Shown: positions 1 through 10,424, counted from the first letter of the stretch. The stretch is DNA of 64,000 nt from an uncultured Candidatus Saccharibacteria bacterium (GCA_964617735.1 CAZTXT010000001.1:532776-596775); one strand, 5' to 3'. Notes: generated by a model not told the origin, from the letters alone. Numbers and translations are program-made.

Positions 1-2
1 GA

Positions 3-347
3 ATGCAGCTCCGCAAGGATAGGCAGGCGGAAATCGAAGCAGGAACGGTGCGAGCATTAGACGACAACGAATGGCAGATGATGTCTCTCGCAGTGACTGA
101 ATATGGGAGCGGGTATTTGAGTAGGCCTCGAACAGCGGTGCTCGCAGAGTTAAGAAAGAGAAGGAATGCCGCTACTTCGTCCCGTGAGCTGTTCCCGACG
201 AATCTAGAAACAGGACTCTGGCGGCAAAGCATCGTTGGTATGAATCGCTGTTGGGAGTTAAAAAGGCTGCCCTATCGCCTACGGTTTGTTCAGACTGTTG
301 GTAAGCAATCTCATGTGGGTGAAATGCAGATTGTGACAGTGAAGTAA
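3..347 (+). CDS. hypothetical protein (possibly 5'-partial)
   Basis: 114-aa ORF at the window edge, followed by a palindromic terminator; no recognisable motif. Confidence 0.5.
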   Translation: MQLRKDRQAEIEAGTVRALDDNEWQMMSLAVTEYGSGYLSRPRTAVLAELRKRRNAATSSRELFPTNLETGLWRQSIVGMNRCWELKRLPYRLRFVQTVGKQSHVGEMQIVTVK

Positions 348-355
348 CACACTCG

Positions 356-394
356 AGACCGAACGGTTATATAACCGTTCGGTCTATTCTTTTT
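356..394 (+). terminator. intrinsic terminator, perfect 30-bp palindrome
   Basis: AGACCGAACGGTTAT|ATAACCGTTCGGTCT at 356-385, followed by ATTCTTTTT. Confidence 0.7.
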
Positions 395-469
395 AAACCT
401 ATCAAACCTATCTGGGGTCATTACCTTGGAAAGGCGCCGCAGGTCGCGAAGGAGTCTATGCTGTGATAA

Positions 470-844
470 TTATTGAGCTAATATTCCTTCCAGGGTTTTT
501 ATGTCCGAAGGTATAAAAAAGCTATACTTAGGAAGTTCTGAAAGCCAACCCAAGAGCTCAACTGAGTCATAATAACCAACCTTGGGTCGGTAATTTGATT
601 TAGTCCAGGGGATTTGAAGCCTTATTGAGTTTTTCTTGAGCTTGAATAAGAGAAAAGAAAATCCAATAAGGGGACCGACCTTGTAAAGGTCGCATCCCCG
701 TGGGGTCAAAATTACCCGTAGGCGAATAGCCGAGACCGGGTCTAGATAGTTTGCTTTCGATGGAAAGCAAACTATTGTGGACCAGAGGCAGATCAAGCAC
801 GCGAAACGTCTCGGAAAAGGATCATGAGTCACATCGGGAACCAT
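470..844 (-). CDS. hypothetical protein
   Basis: ORF in an AT-rich stretch; start uncertain; no motif. Confidence 0.3.
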   Translation of the reverse strand: MVPDVTHDPFPRRFACLICLWSTIVCFPSKANYLDPVSAIRLRVILTPRGCDLYKVGPLIGFSFLLFKLKKNSIRLQIPWTKSNYRPKVGYYDSVELLGWLSELPKYSFFIPSDIKTLEGILAQ

Positions 845-873
845 CCTTGAGTTATATATGCTATAATATCGAG

Positions 874-1167
874 ATGCGTTGGAATCCATTTCTCAATGCG
901 GCTGGAGCCACAGCGTATGTTTGGGGAATCGCACTCCTCATCCACCACATTGCTTCATTGCATCACGACACTCCCGATAACCTGGTAGGTTCAACCGCGG
1001 CCCTTTCAATCTTCGTATGTTCCGCCGCGGTTATGGGATTTTTCTTCTTTTATCGTCCTGCGGTATTGCTTCTGGAAAACAAAAGGAGTGAAGCCGTTTT
1101 GTTTTTCCTAAAAACCCTGGGCACCTTCGGCGCGATAACCCTGCTCGTCATACTCACAATACTCTAA
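874..1167 (+). CDS. small 3-TM membrane protein
   Basis: MRWNPFLNA... with three hydrophobic segments; TGCTATAAT 6 nt before ATG 874. Confidence 0.75.
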   Translation: MRWNPFLNAAGATAYVWGIALLIHHIASLHHDTPDNLVGSTAALSIFVCSAAVMGFFFFYRPAVLLLENKRSEAVLFFLKTLGTFGAITLLVILTIL

Positions 1168-2472
1168 CTATCGATTCGCCCATTCGCTTTCCTGCCGCAC
1201 CAAAAACCGACTTTTCTCTTCGGGATGCGCCATCAGCTCTTCCACTACCCTCTCACAGCGTATTCCCTGTGAACCTTTAACGAGGATCACGTCGCCCGGC
1301 TGGAGAAGTTTTGCCAGCGCTTTTCCTGCTGCGGCAGGCTCATCGAATTTCAGCACATTGAGGGCACTCATGCCCTTTTCAAGGGCTCCCGCAGCAGTAT
1401 CGCGAGACCGAACACCAACAGTCGCGAGGAGCGATACTTTTTCGGCCGCGTATTTTCCGATCTCTTTATGCTCGGTTACTGAGAATTTGCCGAGCTCGAG
1501 CATATCCCCGAGCACCGCGATCTTTCTACCTTTATTCGTAAGCCCCGCGAGCGCATCAAGACCCTCGCGCGCGGCGACGGGAGAAGAGTTATACGTATCA
1601 TCGATGACTAGCGAACCATTGATACCCTCTAAAAGATGCATGCGGCCGAGCGGTCCCTCTAAGCCAGAGAGAGTCTCGGCGATATCCAGGAGCTTCATAT
1701 TGAGCGCCCTGCCCACTGCAGTAGCGGCGAGAGAAGCATAGAGCATCTGTCGTCCGACGCTCTTGCGAACGGAGAGCATCACGCTCTCTTCGCCATAACT
1801 CACCCGCACCGCAGAGCCAACCGCACGACGTTTTTCGCCTCTGCCTTCATAAACGACCGAGTCTTTGGACGCCCAAATAGTGGAAGACCGAGAGAAACCG
1901 AAAGTTATCGACTCATTGGCGACCAGCGCCTTGAGCGCGTAAACGTCAGGATCATCCTGACAGAGCACCAGTACGCCGTCACTTTTGAGCGATTTGACCA
2001 GATATGATTTTTCTTCGATGACGCGCTCGCGTGTGCCGAAAAACTCGATGTGCACCGGAACCGGAGCAAAGCGGGTAACGACGACGATATCGGGATGGAG
2101 CCATTTGGCGATGGACCGTATGTCGCCCGGCCGATCCGCCCCGACTTCGAGCACCAGCCAACGCGGATAATCTTCACGGCGCAGAATGGTGAGCAGGCCA
2201 AAACCGATATTCTCCAACCACCCCAGCGGATCATTCCACGCATTCGGCCTACCCAATATGGTAAGCGGCACGCCGATCTCGCTGTTAAAACTCTTCTCAC
2301 TCTTCCTGACAAATTCACGCCGCGCGATGAGTTCATAAATCGCATCTTTCGTCGAGGTCTTACCGACGCTCCCGGTCACCGCGATGATGCGGGGGCGATA
2401 ACGCTTGAGCACGAGACGCGCCTCAAGCGTCAATATAAAAACGATGATTCTTTTGAAAAAAGTCTTAAGCAT
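1168..2472 (-). CDS. murF: UDP-N-acetylmuramoyl-tripeptide--D-Ala-D-Ala ligase
   Basis: VTGSVGKTSTK P-loop, NSEIGVPLT, DDTYNSSP, VLGDMLELG, LVKGS. Confidence 0.93.
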   Translation of the reverse strand: MLKTFFKRIIVFILTLEARLVLKRYRPRIIAVTGSVGKTSTKDAIYELIARREFVRKSEKSFNSEIGVPLTILGRPNAWNDPLGWLENIGFGLLTILRREDYPRWLVLEVGADRPGDIRSIAKWLHPDIVVVTRFAPVPVHIEFFGTRERVIEEKSYLVKSLKSDGVLVLCQDDPDVYALKALVANESITFGFSRSSTIWASKDSVVYEGRGEKRRAVGSAVRVSYGEESVMLSVRKSVGRQMLYASLAATAVGRALNMKLLDIAETLSGLEGPLGRMHLLEGINGSLVIDDTYNSSPVAAREGLDALAGLTNKGRKIAVLGDMLELGKFSVTEHKEIGKYAAEKVSLLATVGVRSRDTAAGALEKGMSALNVLKFDEPAAAGKALAKLLQPGDVILVKGSQGIRCERVVEELMAHPEEKSRFLVRQESEWANR

Positions 2473-2536
2473 AAACGAGAAACGGAGGCTCCTCTAGGGA
2501 ATTCTCCGGGTACGAAGACCTTGCCGTGAAGGCATG

Positions 2537-4240
2537 CTACCTATCTGGCGGGACGTGATAGTAGTTGATCAAAAATTTGACCATATGGACGAAGGGATCG
2601 GTAAGCGTCCCCGAAGCATACAGCGCCCCCTTCGGATGCACCGCGAAGAAAAAGATCAGGAATTTGGGATCGTAGGCGGGGAAATAGCCGAAAAACGAAT
2701 GCAGGTAGCGGTCTTCATAATAGCCTCCTCCGTCGGGCTTGGCAATTTGAGCGGTGCCCGTCTTCGCTGCGATGCTGTAATTCTTTATCTTCACCGTGCC
2801 GTTCGCGAGGGCCTTGTCATACACCTCGACGAGCATTCGCGAGACTGCTTCGGTTGTTTCCGGCTTAAAGACCTCTATGCGGTCTTCCGCCGCGATCGAA
2901 TGGGTGAGCCCAACGTCATATTGAACCGATGAAACCGCATGCGGCGTCACGAGCCAGCCACCATTGGCGAGCGAACAGAGCGCGCGCACGATCTCGATCG
3001 GAGTGAGGGCGATGCCTTGGCCAAACGACGCCGTCGCATACTCGAGATCACGCGGGCTCTTGAGGTTACTGACCAGGCCATACGTTTCGTTCGGTAGATC
3101 GATGCCAGTTTCTTCGCCGAACCCGAGTTTCAATAGATAATCCGCAAAGCGTTTATTGCCAACCGAGTGCTCGACGAATGCCGCCCCGGTATTGAGGGAC
3201 TGATTCAATACTTCCTGCATCGAAACCGTACCGCGCGCGCGTCCGTCGAAATTGGAGAGGCGCGCGCCGTTGATGAATATTGTTCCTTCATCAAGATACG
3301 TAGTCTCGGGCGTAATGGATCCGGTATCGACACCGATCGCCATAGTGAGCGGTTTTACGATAGAACCCATTTCATAGACATTCTCCACCATCGGATTGGA
3401 GAAAACGTGCGGATCAGTTTCTTTAGAAAATGAATTCAGATTAAATGTCGGGGAGACCGCCATCGCGTAAATCTCGCCGTTCTGCGGATTGATGACGATA
3501 GCCCCGCTTTTGTCCGGATGCCACTTCTCCTCGATCGTCGCGAGTTCTTCTTGCAGAGCGCCTTGCACGGTCGGCTCTATGGTCGAGATGATGTCTCCCT
3601 GGAGGGTCTGGTGCGAGATCGCGTCTTTAGTATCGGAAAAGATCTGAACGAAGATATTGGCATAGGGGTTCTCATTATCGCGCGTAAGCACATCGTCATA
3701 ATAACGTTCAAGCCCATAGCGGCCGGAGAGGGTGTTCCCTGAATAGCCGACAAATCCAAGCACATGCGACGCGAGATCGCCGCCCGGATAAAAACGCCAC
3801 TTCTCGCGGCTCAACACGATCCACGGTTCGTTGAGCGCGCGTATCTTCGCGGCATCCGCGTCGCTTATATGATGCGCGATCTCCTCGTAGGTATCGGAAC
3901 GTTTGTTCGCCCGCGATAAGAACTCCTCGCGGTCAATCGGAAAAACAGCCGAGAGCTCCTTGTAAGCCTGCGCCACATCCGGTATCGTATCGGGCTTGAT
4001 GGCGAGAATGAGACCCGACTCAAGCGATGCAGCCGAAATGAGTTTGCCGTCGCGGCTTGAGAAAAAGATGCTGCCGCGGTCATAGACGCCTCCTGACCCG
4101 GCCGCGTATTGATGGTCAGCCTGTTGCGTGTAGACATCGGCCCGTACGACCTGCAACCACCAAAGTCGCGCCGTGTACACCAGCGCGACCAGAGCAATAG
4201 CTCCCCAGATTATGCGTATGCGGGAAAGCCCGTCCTTCAT
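2537..4240 (-). CDS. ftsI: class B penicillin-binding protein (FtsI/PBP3)
   Basis: N-terminal TM; GSIVKP (SxxK), SLN (SxN), KTGTAQ; position in the mraZ-rsmH-ftsL cluster. Confidence 0.88.
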   Translation of the reverse strand: MKDGLSRIRIIWGAIALVALVYTARLWWLQVVRADVYTQQADHQYAAGSGGVYDRGSIFFSSRDGKLISAASLESGLILAIKPDTIPDVAQAYKELSAVFPIDREEFLSRANKRSDTYEEIAHHISDADAAKIRALNEPWIVLSREKWRFYPGGDLASHVLGFVGYSGNTLSGRYGLERYYDDVLTRDNENPYANIFVQIFSDTKDAISHQTLQGDIISTIEPTVQGALQEELATIEEKWHPDKSGAIVINPQNGEIYAMAVSPTFNLNSFSKETDPHVFSNPMVENVYEMGSIVKPLTMAIGVDTGSITPETTYLDEGTIFINGARLSNFDGRARGTVSMQEVLNQSLNTGAAFVEHSVGNKRFADYLLKLGFGEETGIDLPNETYGLVSNLKSPRDLEYATASFGQGIALTPIEIVRALCSLANGGWLVTPHAVSSVQYDVGLTHSIAAEDRIEVFKPETTEAVSRMLVEVYDKALANGTVKIKNYSIAAKTGTAQIAKPDGGGYYEDRYLHSFFGYFPAYDPKFLIFFFAVHPKGALYASGTLTDPFVHMVKFLINYYHVPPDR

Positions 4241-4569
4241 TAAATTTCATCACGTACCGACAGCGCCTTTCCTAAGGCCTTGCGCGAAACATATTTCTGC
4301 ACATCGGTCTGCGACAGTCCAAGCTCTTGAGCTTTGGACAGCGTGATCTTATTTTGCATCGAAAGATAGCGTTCTTGCAAGCCATTGAGAGCCGAGGAGA
4401 TATCATTGATATGCGTCTTGATCGTGCGCGTCTCTATCGCCTCGAAAAGGGTCGCGTTAAGCCAGTAGGCGTATAAAATCGCCGAGAGCATACAAACGCC
4501 CAAAAGCGACCATACCAGCGTGGTACGGAAATTGTCGTTTTCTATTGCATTTTCTACTACATTCCTCAT
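4240..4569 (-). CDS. ftsL: FtsL-like cell division protein
   Basis: single TM plus coiled coil ending AQELGL; lies between rsmH and ftsI. Confidence 0.65.
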   Translation of the reverse strand: MRNVVENAIENDNFRTTLVWSLLGVCMLSAILYAYWLNATLFEAIETRTIKTHINDISSALNGLQERYLSMQNKITLSKAQELGLSQTDVQKYVSRKALGKALSVRDEI

Positions 4570-4591
4570 TGTTTTAAGAATTCTTGATCGT

Positions 4592-5503
4592 TCATCGTTT
4601 CTCTAAGATTCGCAACTTTGCGCTTCGCGAGCGCGGATTTTGATGCATCTCTGCATCGGACGGGACAATCGGCTTTCGAGTGAGCAGTGCTGCCTCCTGT
4701 GCTTTCGCACGGTCTCTCATAAAATTCTTCACCATCCTATCTTCAAGGCTATGGAATGAAATGACTCCCATCCGCCCGTGCGGCGCAAGCGCCGCAAATC
4801 CTTTTGAGAGACCTTCCGTAAGAGCGCCGAGTTCGTCGTTTACCTCCATGCGCAGCGCCTGGAACGTGCGGGTCGCGAAATGGATCGAGCGTGGATACTT
4901 CCCGCGGTATCCCTTCGCTATGACTTCGACCAGCTCGAAGGTCGTGCGAATGGGATACTTTCGGCGCGCTTCGACGATCGCGCGTGCGATGTGATTCGCT
5001 TCACGCTCTTCTCCCAGCTCGTGCAGGAGATGAGCGAGGGAGGCCTCGTCATAGCGCTCCAGAATCTGCTTCGCCGTCAGCGTTCCGTTCACCGGATCCC
5101 CGAAAGTCATCAACAGCGGTTCATCGCGTTTGAAGGAGAAGCCTCGTCCCGAACTCTCCAGCTGTTCGGAGTTGAGTCCGAGATCGAAGAGCAGTGCGTT
5201 GACTGTGCTCACCCCTGCCTCTTTAAGGACACGGTCGAGGTTTCTGAAGTTCTCATTGAACACCTGGGCTCGCGCGCCCGCTTTGGTAAGCACTTCCCGG
5301 GCGTAGAGAGTACGGGAAGGATCGGCATCAAGAGCGATGATACGGACGTTTCTGCCGAACCGGCGGAATACTTCGAGCGCATGCCCGGCATTCCCGACAG
5401 TCGCGTCTACATAGGTCGCATCCGGCGAGAGATTAAGTCCCTCTATTGATTGCTGTAAAAGAACCGCTACATGCCCCTCTTGCCTCGCACCGTGCGTTTC
5501 CAT
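4592..5503 (-). CDS. rsmH: 16S rRNA m4C1402 methyltransferase
   Basis: HVAVLL, DATVGNAGHA, DLGLNS, FQALRMEVNDEL, ISFHSLEDR, NPRSRSAKLR; start placed at ATG 5503. Confidence 0.95.
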   Translation of the reverse strand: METHGARQEGHVAVLLQQSIEGLNLSPDATYVDATVGNAGHALEVFRRFGRNVRIIALDADPSRTLYAREVLTKAGARAQVFNENFRNLDRVLKEAGVSTVNALLFDLGLNSEQLESSGRGFSFKRDEPLLMTFGDPVNGTLTAKQILERYDEASLAHLLHELGEEREANHIARAIVEARRKYPIRTTFELVEVIAKGYRGKYPRSIHFATRTFQALRMEVNDELGALTEGLSKGFAALAPHGRMGVISFHSLEDRMVKNFMRDRAKAQEAALLTRKPIVPSDAEMHQNPRSRSAKLRILEKR

Positions 5504-5505
5504 GA

Positions 5506-5949
5506 TCAGATGATGCCTGCTGAATTGAGTTTCTCGGCCATCACGTCGGTCTTTTTCTCGAACGCCTTCCGATATCGCTCCCAACGCTCGGCGTTCCAGA
5601 TCTCGACGCGGTTGAGCACTCCAATGATCACTGCGCTACTCTTCAAGGACGCGTGCTCGCGCAGATGATCGGGTATGAGCACTCGTCCGATAGAATCGAT
5701 GCTAGTCTCCGTTGCGCGGCCGATGATGAGACGGTTGAAATTGCGGTTGTCTGCCTGCAGGACCGACGAGGAGTCGGGACGGGAGAGTCGGTCTGCGAAC
5801 TGCTGCCACTGCCGTGCGCTGAAAACGAAAAGACACCCATCGATACCGGGCGCGATCACTACGGTCGAGCCCATCTCCTTACGGAACTTTGCAGGAAGTG
5901 AGATGCGGCTCTTCTCATCGAATGTGTGTGCGTACTCGCCTATGAGCAT
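5506..5949 (-). CDS. mraZ: transcriptional regulator MraZ
   Basis: GEYAHTFDEKSRISLPAKFR, DSIGRVLIP, RVEIW; first gene of dcw. Confidence 0.95.
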   Translation of the reverse strand: MLIGEYAHTFDEKSRISLPAKFRKEMGSTVVIAPGIDGCLFVFSARQWQQFADRLSRPDSSSVLQADNRNFNRLIIGRATETSIDSIGRVLIPDHLREHASLKSSAVIIGVLNRVEIWNAERWERYRKAFEKKTDVMAEKLNSAGII

Positions 5950-5982
5950 CAAAATGAACCGATTTCACCTCCGTGCAAACTT

Positions 5983-6017
5983 CCACCTTTTCCCACTTGT
6001 CTACCATTCTATACCAC
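5983..6017 (-). promoter_or_regulatory. MraZ-binding direct repeats
   Basis: four (G/A)TGG units on the - strand at 6014-17, 6004-07, 5993-96, 5983-86 (10-11 nt period), directly upstream of mraZ. Confidence 0.7.
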
Positions 6018-6039
6018 TCTATAGTCTCTGCAAACACAG

Positions 6040-6048
6040 TTATCCACA
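6040..6048 (+). promoter_or_regulatory. DnaA box upstream of the dcw promoter
   Basis: exact TTATCCACA. Confidence 0.5.
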
Positions 6049-6144
6049 TGGTCTACATCCGATAACACCAAAAAATCCGGACGGAAACGCATAGAAAAAA
6101 CCCGAGAAATGGGCGTATCTTTTCGATCGGTCCGTGGGTACAAC

Positions 6145-6172
6145 AAAAAAGCCGACCATGCGGTCGGCTTTT
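6145..6172 (-). terminator. lysS terminator
   Basis: AAAAGCCGAC-CATGCG-GTCGGCTTTT hairpin with A/T tails. Confidence 0.75.
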
Positions 6173-6186
6173 CCTTTGACTCGTCG

Positions 6187-7650
6187 TTACTCGTGCATTC
6201 CTTTGGGTCTCAAGAGTGGGAAGAGCTGCGTTTCGCGAATCGGTTTTCCTTCAAATAAAGAAAAGACTCGCTCGCCGAAACCGAAGCCGCAGGTCGGCGG
6301 CATCCCGTGCTCGAGCATCTCGATGAATTCCCAATCAGGCATCATGGCTTCCTCATCCCCTTTCTCAATGAGTTTCTGCTGCGCTTCGAAACGCTTTCGC
6401 TGTTCCAGCGGATCATTGAGTTCAGAATATCCCTTGCCCGCTTCGCTTCCCGCAAGCAGCGGACTGAACATCTCGACTTTTCCGGGAACTTTTTCATCAA
6501 GCTTCGAAAGAGGTGCTACGATGACCGGGTGACCGACTAAAAACGCGGGGCCGGCGATCTGCTTGCGGCAGTATTTCCAGAGCGTATCGGTCAGTCGTTC
6601 GCGGTTCATGCCACTATATTCGACATTCAACGCCTTGAGCTTTTTCTCCATCTCTTTCTGCGATGCCTCGAGCACATCGATGCCGGTCATCTCTTTGATC
6701 GCCCCTACATAATCGATTCGCTTCCATTCGTCTAAGAGATCGAAGCTAAACCCGCGGGCAGAGAATTTCGTCGTTCCGTAGACCTCTTTCGCAAGGGTGC
6801 GATAGAGCTCTTCTACGAGCTTCATTCCATCTTCAGCATTGGCGTACGCCCAATAGAATTCCATATTGGTGAATTCCTGCAGATGTTCGGGGCTCGTACC
6901 TTCATTGCGATAGGCGCGTCCGATCTCGAACGTTTGGGGAAATCCCGCCGCCATCAAGCGCTTCTGCCAGAGCTCGCCGACCGAGATACGCAGATACACA
7001 TCGATATCAAAATCATTGTGGTGGGTCTTAAACGGCCGCGCCTCGGCACCGCCCGTGGTAACTTCGAGCGTCGGCGTCTCAACCTCAAGGAAACCGCGTT
7101 CTTTAAGAAAACTTCTCGTGACATCCCAAAATTTCGCTTTTCGAACAAACATCACACGCTCTTCTGTATTCATCAAGAGGTCCAGGTAACGCAAGCGATA
7201 GCGTTCTTCCGGATCGGTTATCCCATGCCATTTCTCCGGGAGTGGCAAGAGCGATTTGGATGCCATCATCCAGTGCTCAACGAGCAAAGTCTTTTCTCCG
7301 CGCTTGGTGATGAATAAACTGCCGGAAAGCGAGACAAAATCGCCGATGTCGACGGTTTCTGCAAAAAGTTCCCGAGCCTCCCGCGGAGTGTCCCCGTCTT
7401 TAAGAAGCGCCTGGAACGTACCCGTACCATCGCTGAAATTCAAAAAGGTGATTCCGCCCTGCGCGCGGATAGCGAGTATGCGCCCTGCAAAGGAAACGCT
7501 TTTCTTTTTCGAAAATTCATCAAAACGCTCTATCGCTTCGGCGATAGAACAGTCACGCGGCACTTTAGCAGGATAGGGGTTAACGCCGGCATCCTTTAGA
7601 CGCTTCAATTTCTCAAGACGCGTATTGCGCAATTCCTCAAGAGAGGACAT
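6187..7650 (-). CDS. lysS: lysine--tRNA ligase (class II)
   Basis: LPEKWHG, RYLDL, GGAEARPF, YRNEG, HGMPPTCGFGFG. Confidence 0.96.
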   Translation of the reverse strand: MSSLEELRNTRLEKLKRLKDAGVNPYPAKVPRDCSIAEAIERFDEFSKKKSVSFAGRILAIRAQGGITFLNFSDGTGTFQALLKDGDTPREARELFAETVDIGDFVSLSGSLFITKRGEKTLLVEHWMMASKSLLPLPEKWHGITDPEERYRLRYLDLLMNTEERVMFVRKAKFWDVTRSFLKERGFLEVETPTLEVTTGGAEARPFKTHHNDFDIDVYLRISVGELWQKRLMAAGFPQTFEIGRAYRNEGTSPEHLQEFTNMEFYWAYANAEDGMKLVEELYRTLAKEVYGTTKFSARGFSFDLLDEWKRIDYVGAIKEMTGIDVLEASQKEMEKKLKALNVEYSGMNRERLTDTLWKYCRKQIAGPAFLVGHPVIVAPLSKLDEKVPGKVEMFSPLLAGSEAGKGYSELNDPLEQRKRFEAQQKLIEKGDEEAMMPDWEFIEMLEHGMPPTCGFGFGERVFSLFEGKPIRETQLFPLLRPKGMHE

Positions 7651-7654
7651 CTCT

Positions 7655-8122
7655 CTATTTTACTTCCGAGATCGTGTAGCTGACAACACCGGCCGGGGAT
7701 TTAAATTCAACTCGATCCCCTTTCCGCTTGCCGATCAAAGCGCTGCCCAAGGGAGAATGGATGGATATCTTTCCCTGCGAGACATCTACTTCTTCCGAGC
7801 CCACGAGCGTAAAGGTATGCTTGCCAGCGTCTTTCTCCTTCTGAACGACGACCGTAGAACCAACCGCCACCGAACCACCATGCTTGTCATGCATGATGAC
7901 CGCTGTCTTGAGTATCGCTTCGAGTTTGGCGATGCGATCCTCGACATTGGCTTGCATCTCGCGCGCCTCATGATACTCGGCGTTCTCGGAGAGGTCCCCG
8001 AGGCCTTTGGCATATTCGAGATTCTCTGCGACCTCTTTCCGCTTTTCAGTCTTTAAATACGTCAGCTCTCTCGTCAACTCATCGAATTTCTCTTTCGTCA
8101 AATATTCGCTCTCCTGGATCAT
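7655..8122 (-). CDS. greA: transcription elongation factor GreA
   Basis: GDLSENAEYHEA, ISIHSPLGSALIGK; start placed at ATG 8122. Confidence 0.95.
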   Translation of the reverse strand: MIQESEYLTKEKFDELTRELTYLKTEKRKEVAENLEYAKGLGDLSENAEYHEAREMQANVEDRIAKLEAILKTAVIMHDKHGGSVAVGSTVVVQKEKDAGKHTFTLVGSEEVDVSQGKISIHSPLGSALIGKRKGDRVEFKSPAGVVSYTISEVK

Positions 8123-8293
8123 AGCGTGTAGGCTAGGTAGTAAAAACAACGCGGCAATTCTAGCATACTTCTGGTGGAGCACCAAATGATGCCTCGACGC
8201 TGGATTGACTCCAAAGAAATGATTGGTAGCATGAACCGGAGAACAGAAACGCAGCCGAGCATACGCCACGCTGCATTATAGAGAAAGGTTCTT

Positions 8294-8593
8294 ATGGAAA
8301 TCGTGTTCGTGGAGAACTCACAAGAAAAAACCCTATGCCTGATCGGACCATCGGCATATAAAATCGCGGAATCCCTTCAAGAATCCGGGCGATACAAAAT
8401 ACTCAATACGATGGTCACGGCGGACTACCAGATTGAGCGAGGCGTCATCGACTGGGATGGAGCGAAGCTAGAGCATCAAAGCTCCCTCCATACACTTCTC
8501 TGCAAGGCCTTCGAAACTGGTCGGCAGACAGAAATGAAAACGTCCTTAGTCGAACTTCAGAGAATCCGCGAGATTGTCGAGAAATCGAAATGA
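8294..8593 (+). CDS. hypothetical protein
   Basis: 99-aa ORF with an AAAGG SD-like site, followed by a hairpin. Confidence 0.55.
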   Translation: MEIVFVENSQEKTLCLIGPSAYKIAESLQESGRYKILNTMVTADYQIERGVIDWDGAKLEHQSSLHTLLCKAFETGRQTEMKTSLVELQRIREIVEKSK

Positions 8594-8609
8594 GGGTCTC
8601 CCAGGGACA

Positions 8610-8641
8610 AAAGGGCTCCAAGCGAAGCTTGGGGCCCTTTT
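8610..8641. terminator. bidirectional terminator
   Basis: AAAGGGCTCCAAGC-GAA-GCTTGGGGCCCTTT between convergent genes. Confidence 0.65.
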
Positions 8642-8660
8642 CCATCTCCGTGTACCAAAA

Positions 8661-10370
8661 TTATTGTAAATAGCCGGGAGCATTGAGCGAGAGCCATTCG
8701 AAGAACTGCCGCATGACATAGAGCGCGCCAACCGTATTGTCATGCGGCCCTTTCTCCATCACCGCTGCAAACGCATAACGAGGATGTTCGTACGGAAAAA
8801 ATCCTTCTACCCACGAATTCACGAATTGTTTCTTGCTGCCGAGTTCTGCCGTACCGGTCTTTGCAGCGATTGCTACCTCAGGGATATCGAGATTCTTCGC
8901 CGTGCCGTAGAGCACCGCATCGCGCATTCCCTCCTTAACCACCGTAAGATCCTTCTGCGAGAGCCCGAGGTCGGTCGAGAAAGACCGGCTCTGATTGCCG
9001 TTGAGAAGCACGGTGGGCTCGAGGAGTTTCCCGCCATTGGCGAGCGCCGCGACGGCCCGCACAACCTGTATGGGAGTCACTTGCATGCCATACTGACCGA
9101 TAGCAGTGTTGTAGGTGTCTCCGATCCGCCAGATTTCTCCGTTGAAATGAGCCTTCTTCCAGTCGGGATCGGGAAGCGTGCCGGCTGTGCCAAGGAGATA
9201 ATTGTCACTCTCCGCCTGCCCGAATCCGAACAACTGCATGTACTTCTTTATATTGGCGATACCCAGGCCTTGCTGATCCTCAAATCCCCCGCCCACCTCG
9301 TAAAAATAAACGTCCGAAGAAACTGCGATAGCTTCGCGCATATCAACCCAGCCATGCGCTTTCCAATCGTTGAATACCGATTTCTTCTCGGGTGCATAGG
9401 GGTTAGGAATGGAAATTGAACCGGTGCTTAAGATCGCTTTCTTCGGATCGATGATGCCTTCGTTCAATACTCCGGCGGCGAGGAACGGCTTGACGATAGA
9501 GCCAGGCGTGTAGAGACCGGTCACCACACGATCCAAAAATGGCTGCCGTTTATCCGCTAAGTAGCCGTTGATGGCAGAGGCTTCCGTCCCTTCGGACATG
9601 ACCGTCGAGTCGAACTCGGGAAAACTGGTCATTGCGACAATCTCTCCTGTTTCAACATCCATAACGACCGCCCCACCACTCGCGAAGCCGTTCGAATCAG
9701 CAAGACTTTTGATATAGCCGTACAGGGCGCTCTGGAGCTTCGAGTCTATAGAGAGCACTACATTCATCCCGTAATGCGCGGGTTTGATTACGCTCTCAGA
9801 TTCAACTGCACCTAGGGCATTGCGCTCGGTTATCTTGGTGCCATTCTCGCCGGTAAGAAGATCGTTGTAGTACGCTTCGACTCCATCCTTTCCCGAATAA
9901 TCAAGACGGTAGTATACGCCGGAGGAATCTTTCTTCGGATAATTAACATAGCCGAGGAGGTGCGCAAGCCCTGCATCACTGCGGTACTCGCGAGAAGGAT
10001 ACTCGGGATGCTCCGTTGAGATCTTGTTGGAGACAAGCGTTACCTGATTGCGGTCCTGGATAAGCCCGCGCGGAGCAAAGATAGTAGTGGTCAAGAGACT
10101 GTTGCGCTCGCTTAATATCGAGTAAGCCTCCCCCTTCTTGACCTGCAGCACCCACGTTCGAGACAGGAGGGTCACGCAAATAAGGAAAAACGCTAGTCCG
10201 GCAAAAAGCATCGTCCGGCGCGAGATCGGCTTTTCGATCCTTCCTTCGAACTGGTAGGTATCGAAATTCGGCAGATTGCTCGAATCGAGAAAGATCTCGT
10301 CTGGCGCGATCTCATGCACCGATTTTCCGCTCAACCGTCGGTCATTCCTCCGACTGAAAAATCGCTTCAT
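8661..10370 (-). CDS. mrdA: penicillin-binding protein 2 (MrdA)
   Basis: PGSIVKP, SSDVYFY, KTGTAE; downstream of mreBCD. Confidence 0.88.
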   Translation of the reverse strand: MKRFFSRRNDRRLSGKSVHEIAPDEIFLDSSNLPNFDTYQFEGRIEKPISRRTMLFAGLAFFLICVTLLSRTWVLQVKKGEAYSILSERNSLLTTTIFAPRGLIQDRNQVTLVSNKISTEHPEYPSREYRSDAGLAHLLGYVNYPKKDSSGVYYRLDYSGKDGVEAYYNDLLTGENGTKITERNALGAVESESVIKPAHYGMNVVLSIDSKLQSALYGYIKSLADSNGFASGGAVVMDVETGEIVAMTSFPEFDSTVMSEGTEASAINGYLADKRQPFLDRVVTGLYTPGSIVKPFLAAGVLNEGIIDPKKAILSTGSISIPNPYAPEKKSVFNDWKAHGWVDMREAIAVSSDVYFYEVGGGFEDQQGLGIANIKKYMQLFGFGQAESDNYLLGTAGTLPDPDWKKAHFNGEIWRIGDTYNTAIGQYGMQVTPIQVVRAVAALANGGKLLEPTVLLNGNQSRSFSTDLGLSQKDLTVVKEGMRDAVLYGTAKNLDIPEVAIAAKTGTAELGSKKQFVNSWVEGFFPYEHPRYAFAAVMEKGPHDNTVGALYVMRQFFEWLSLNAPGYLQ

Positions 10371-10424
10371 ATCGGTATCATACTTCAGGGTAAGGAATTT
10401 TCAAAAATCATGAACGATATCAAT

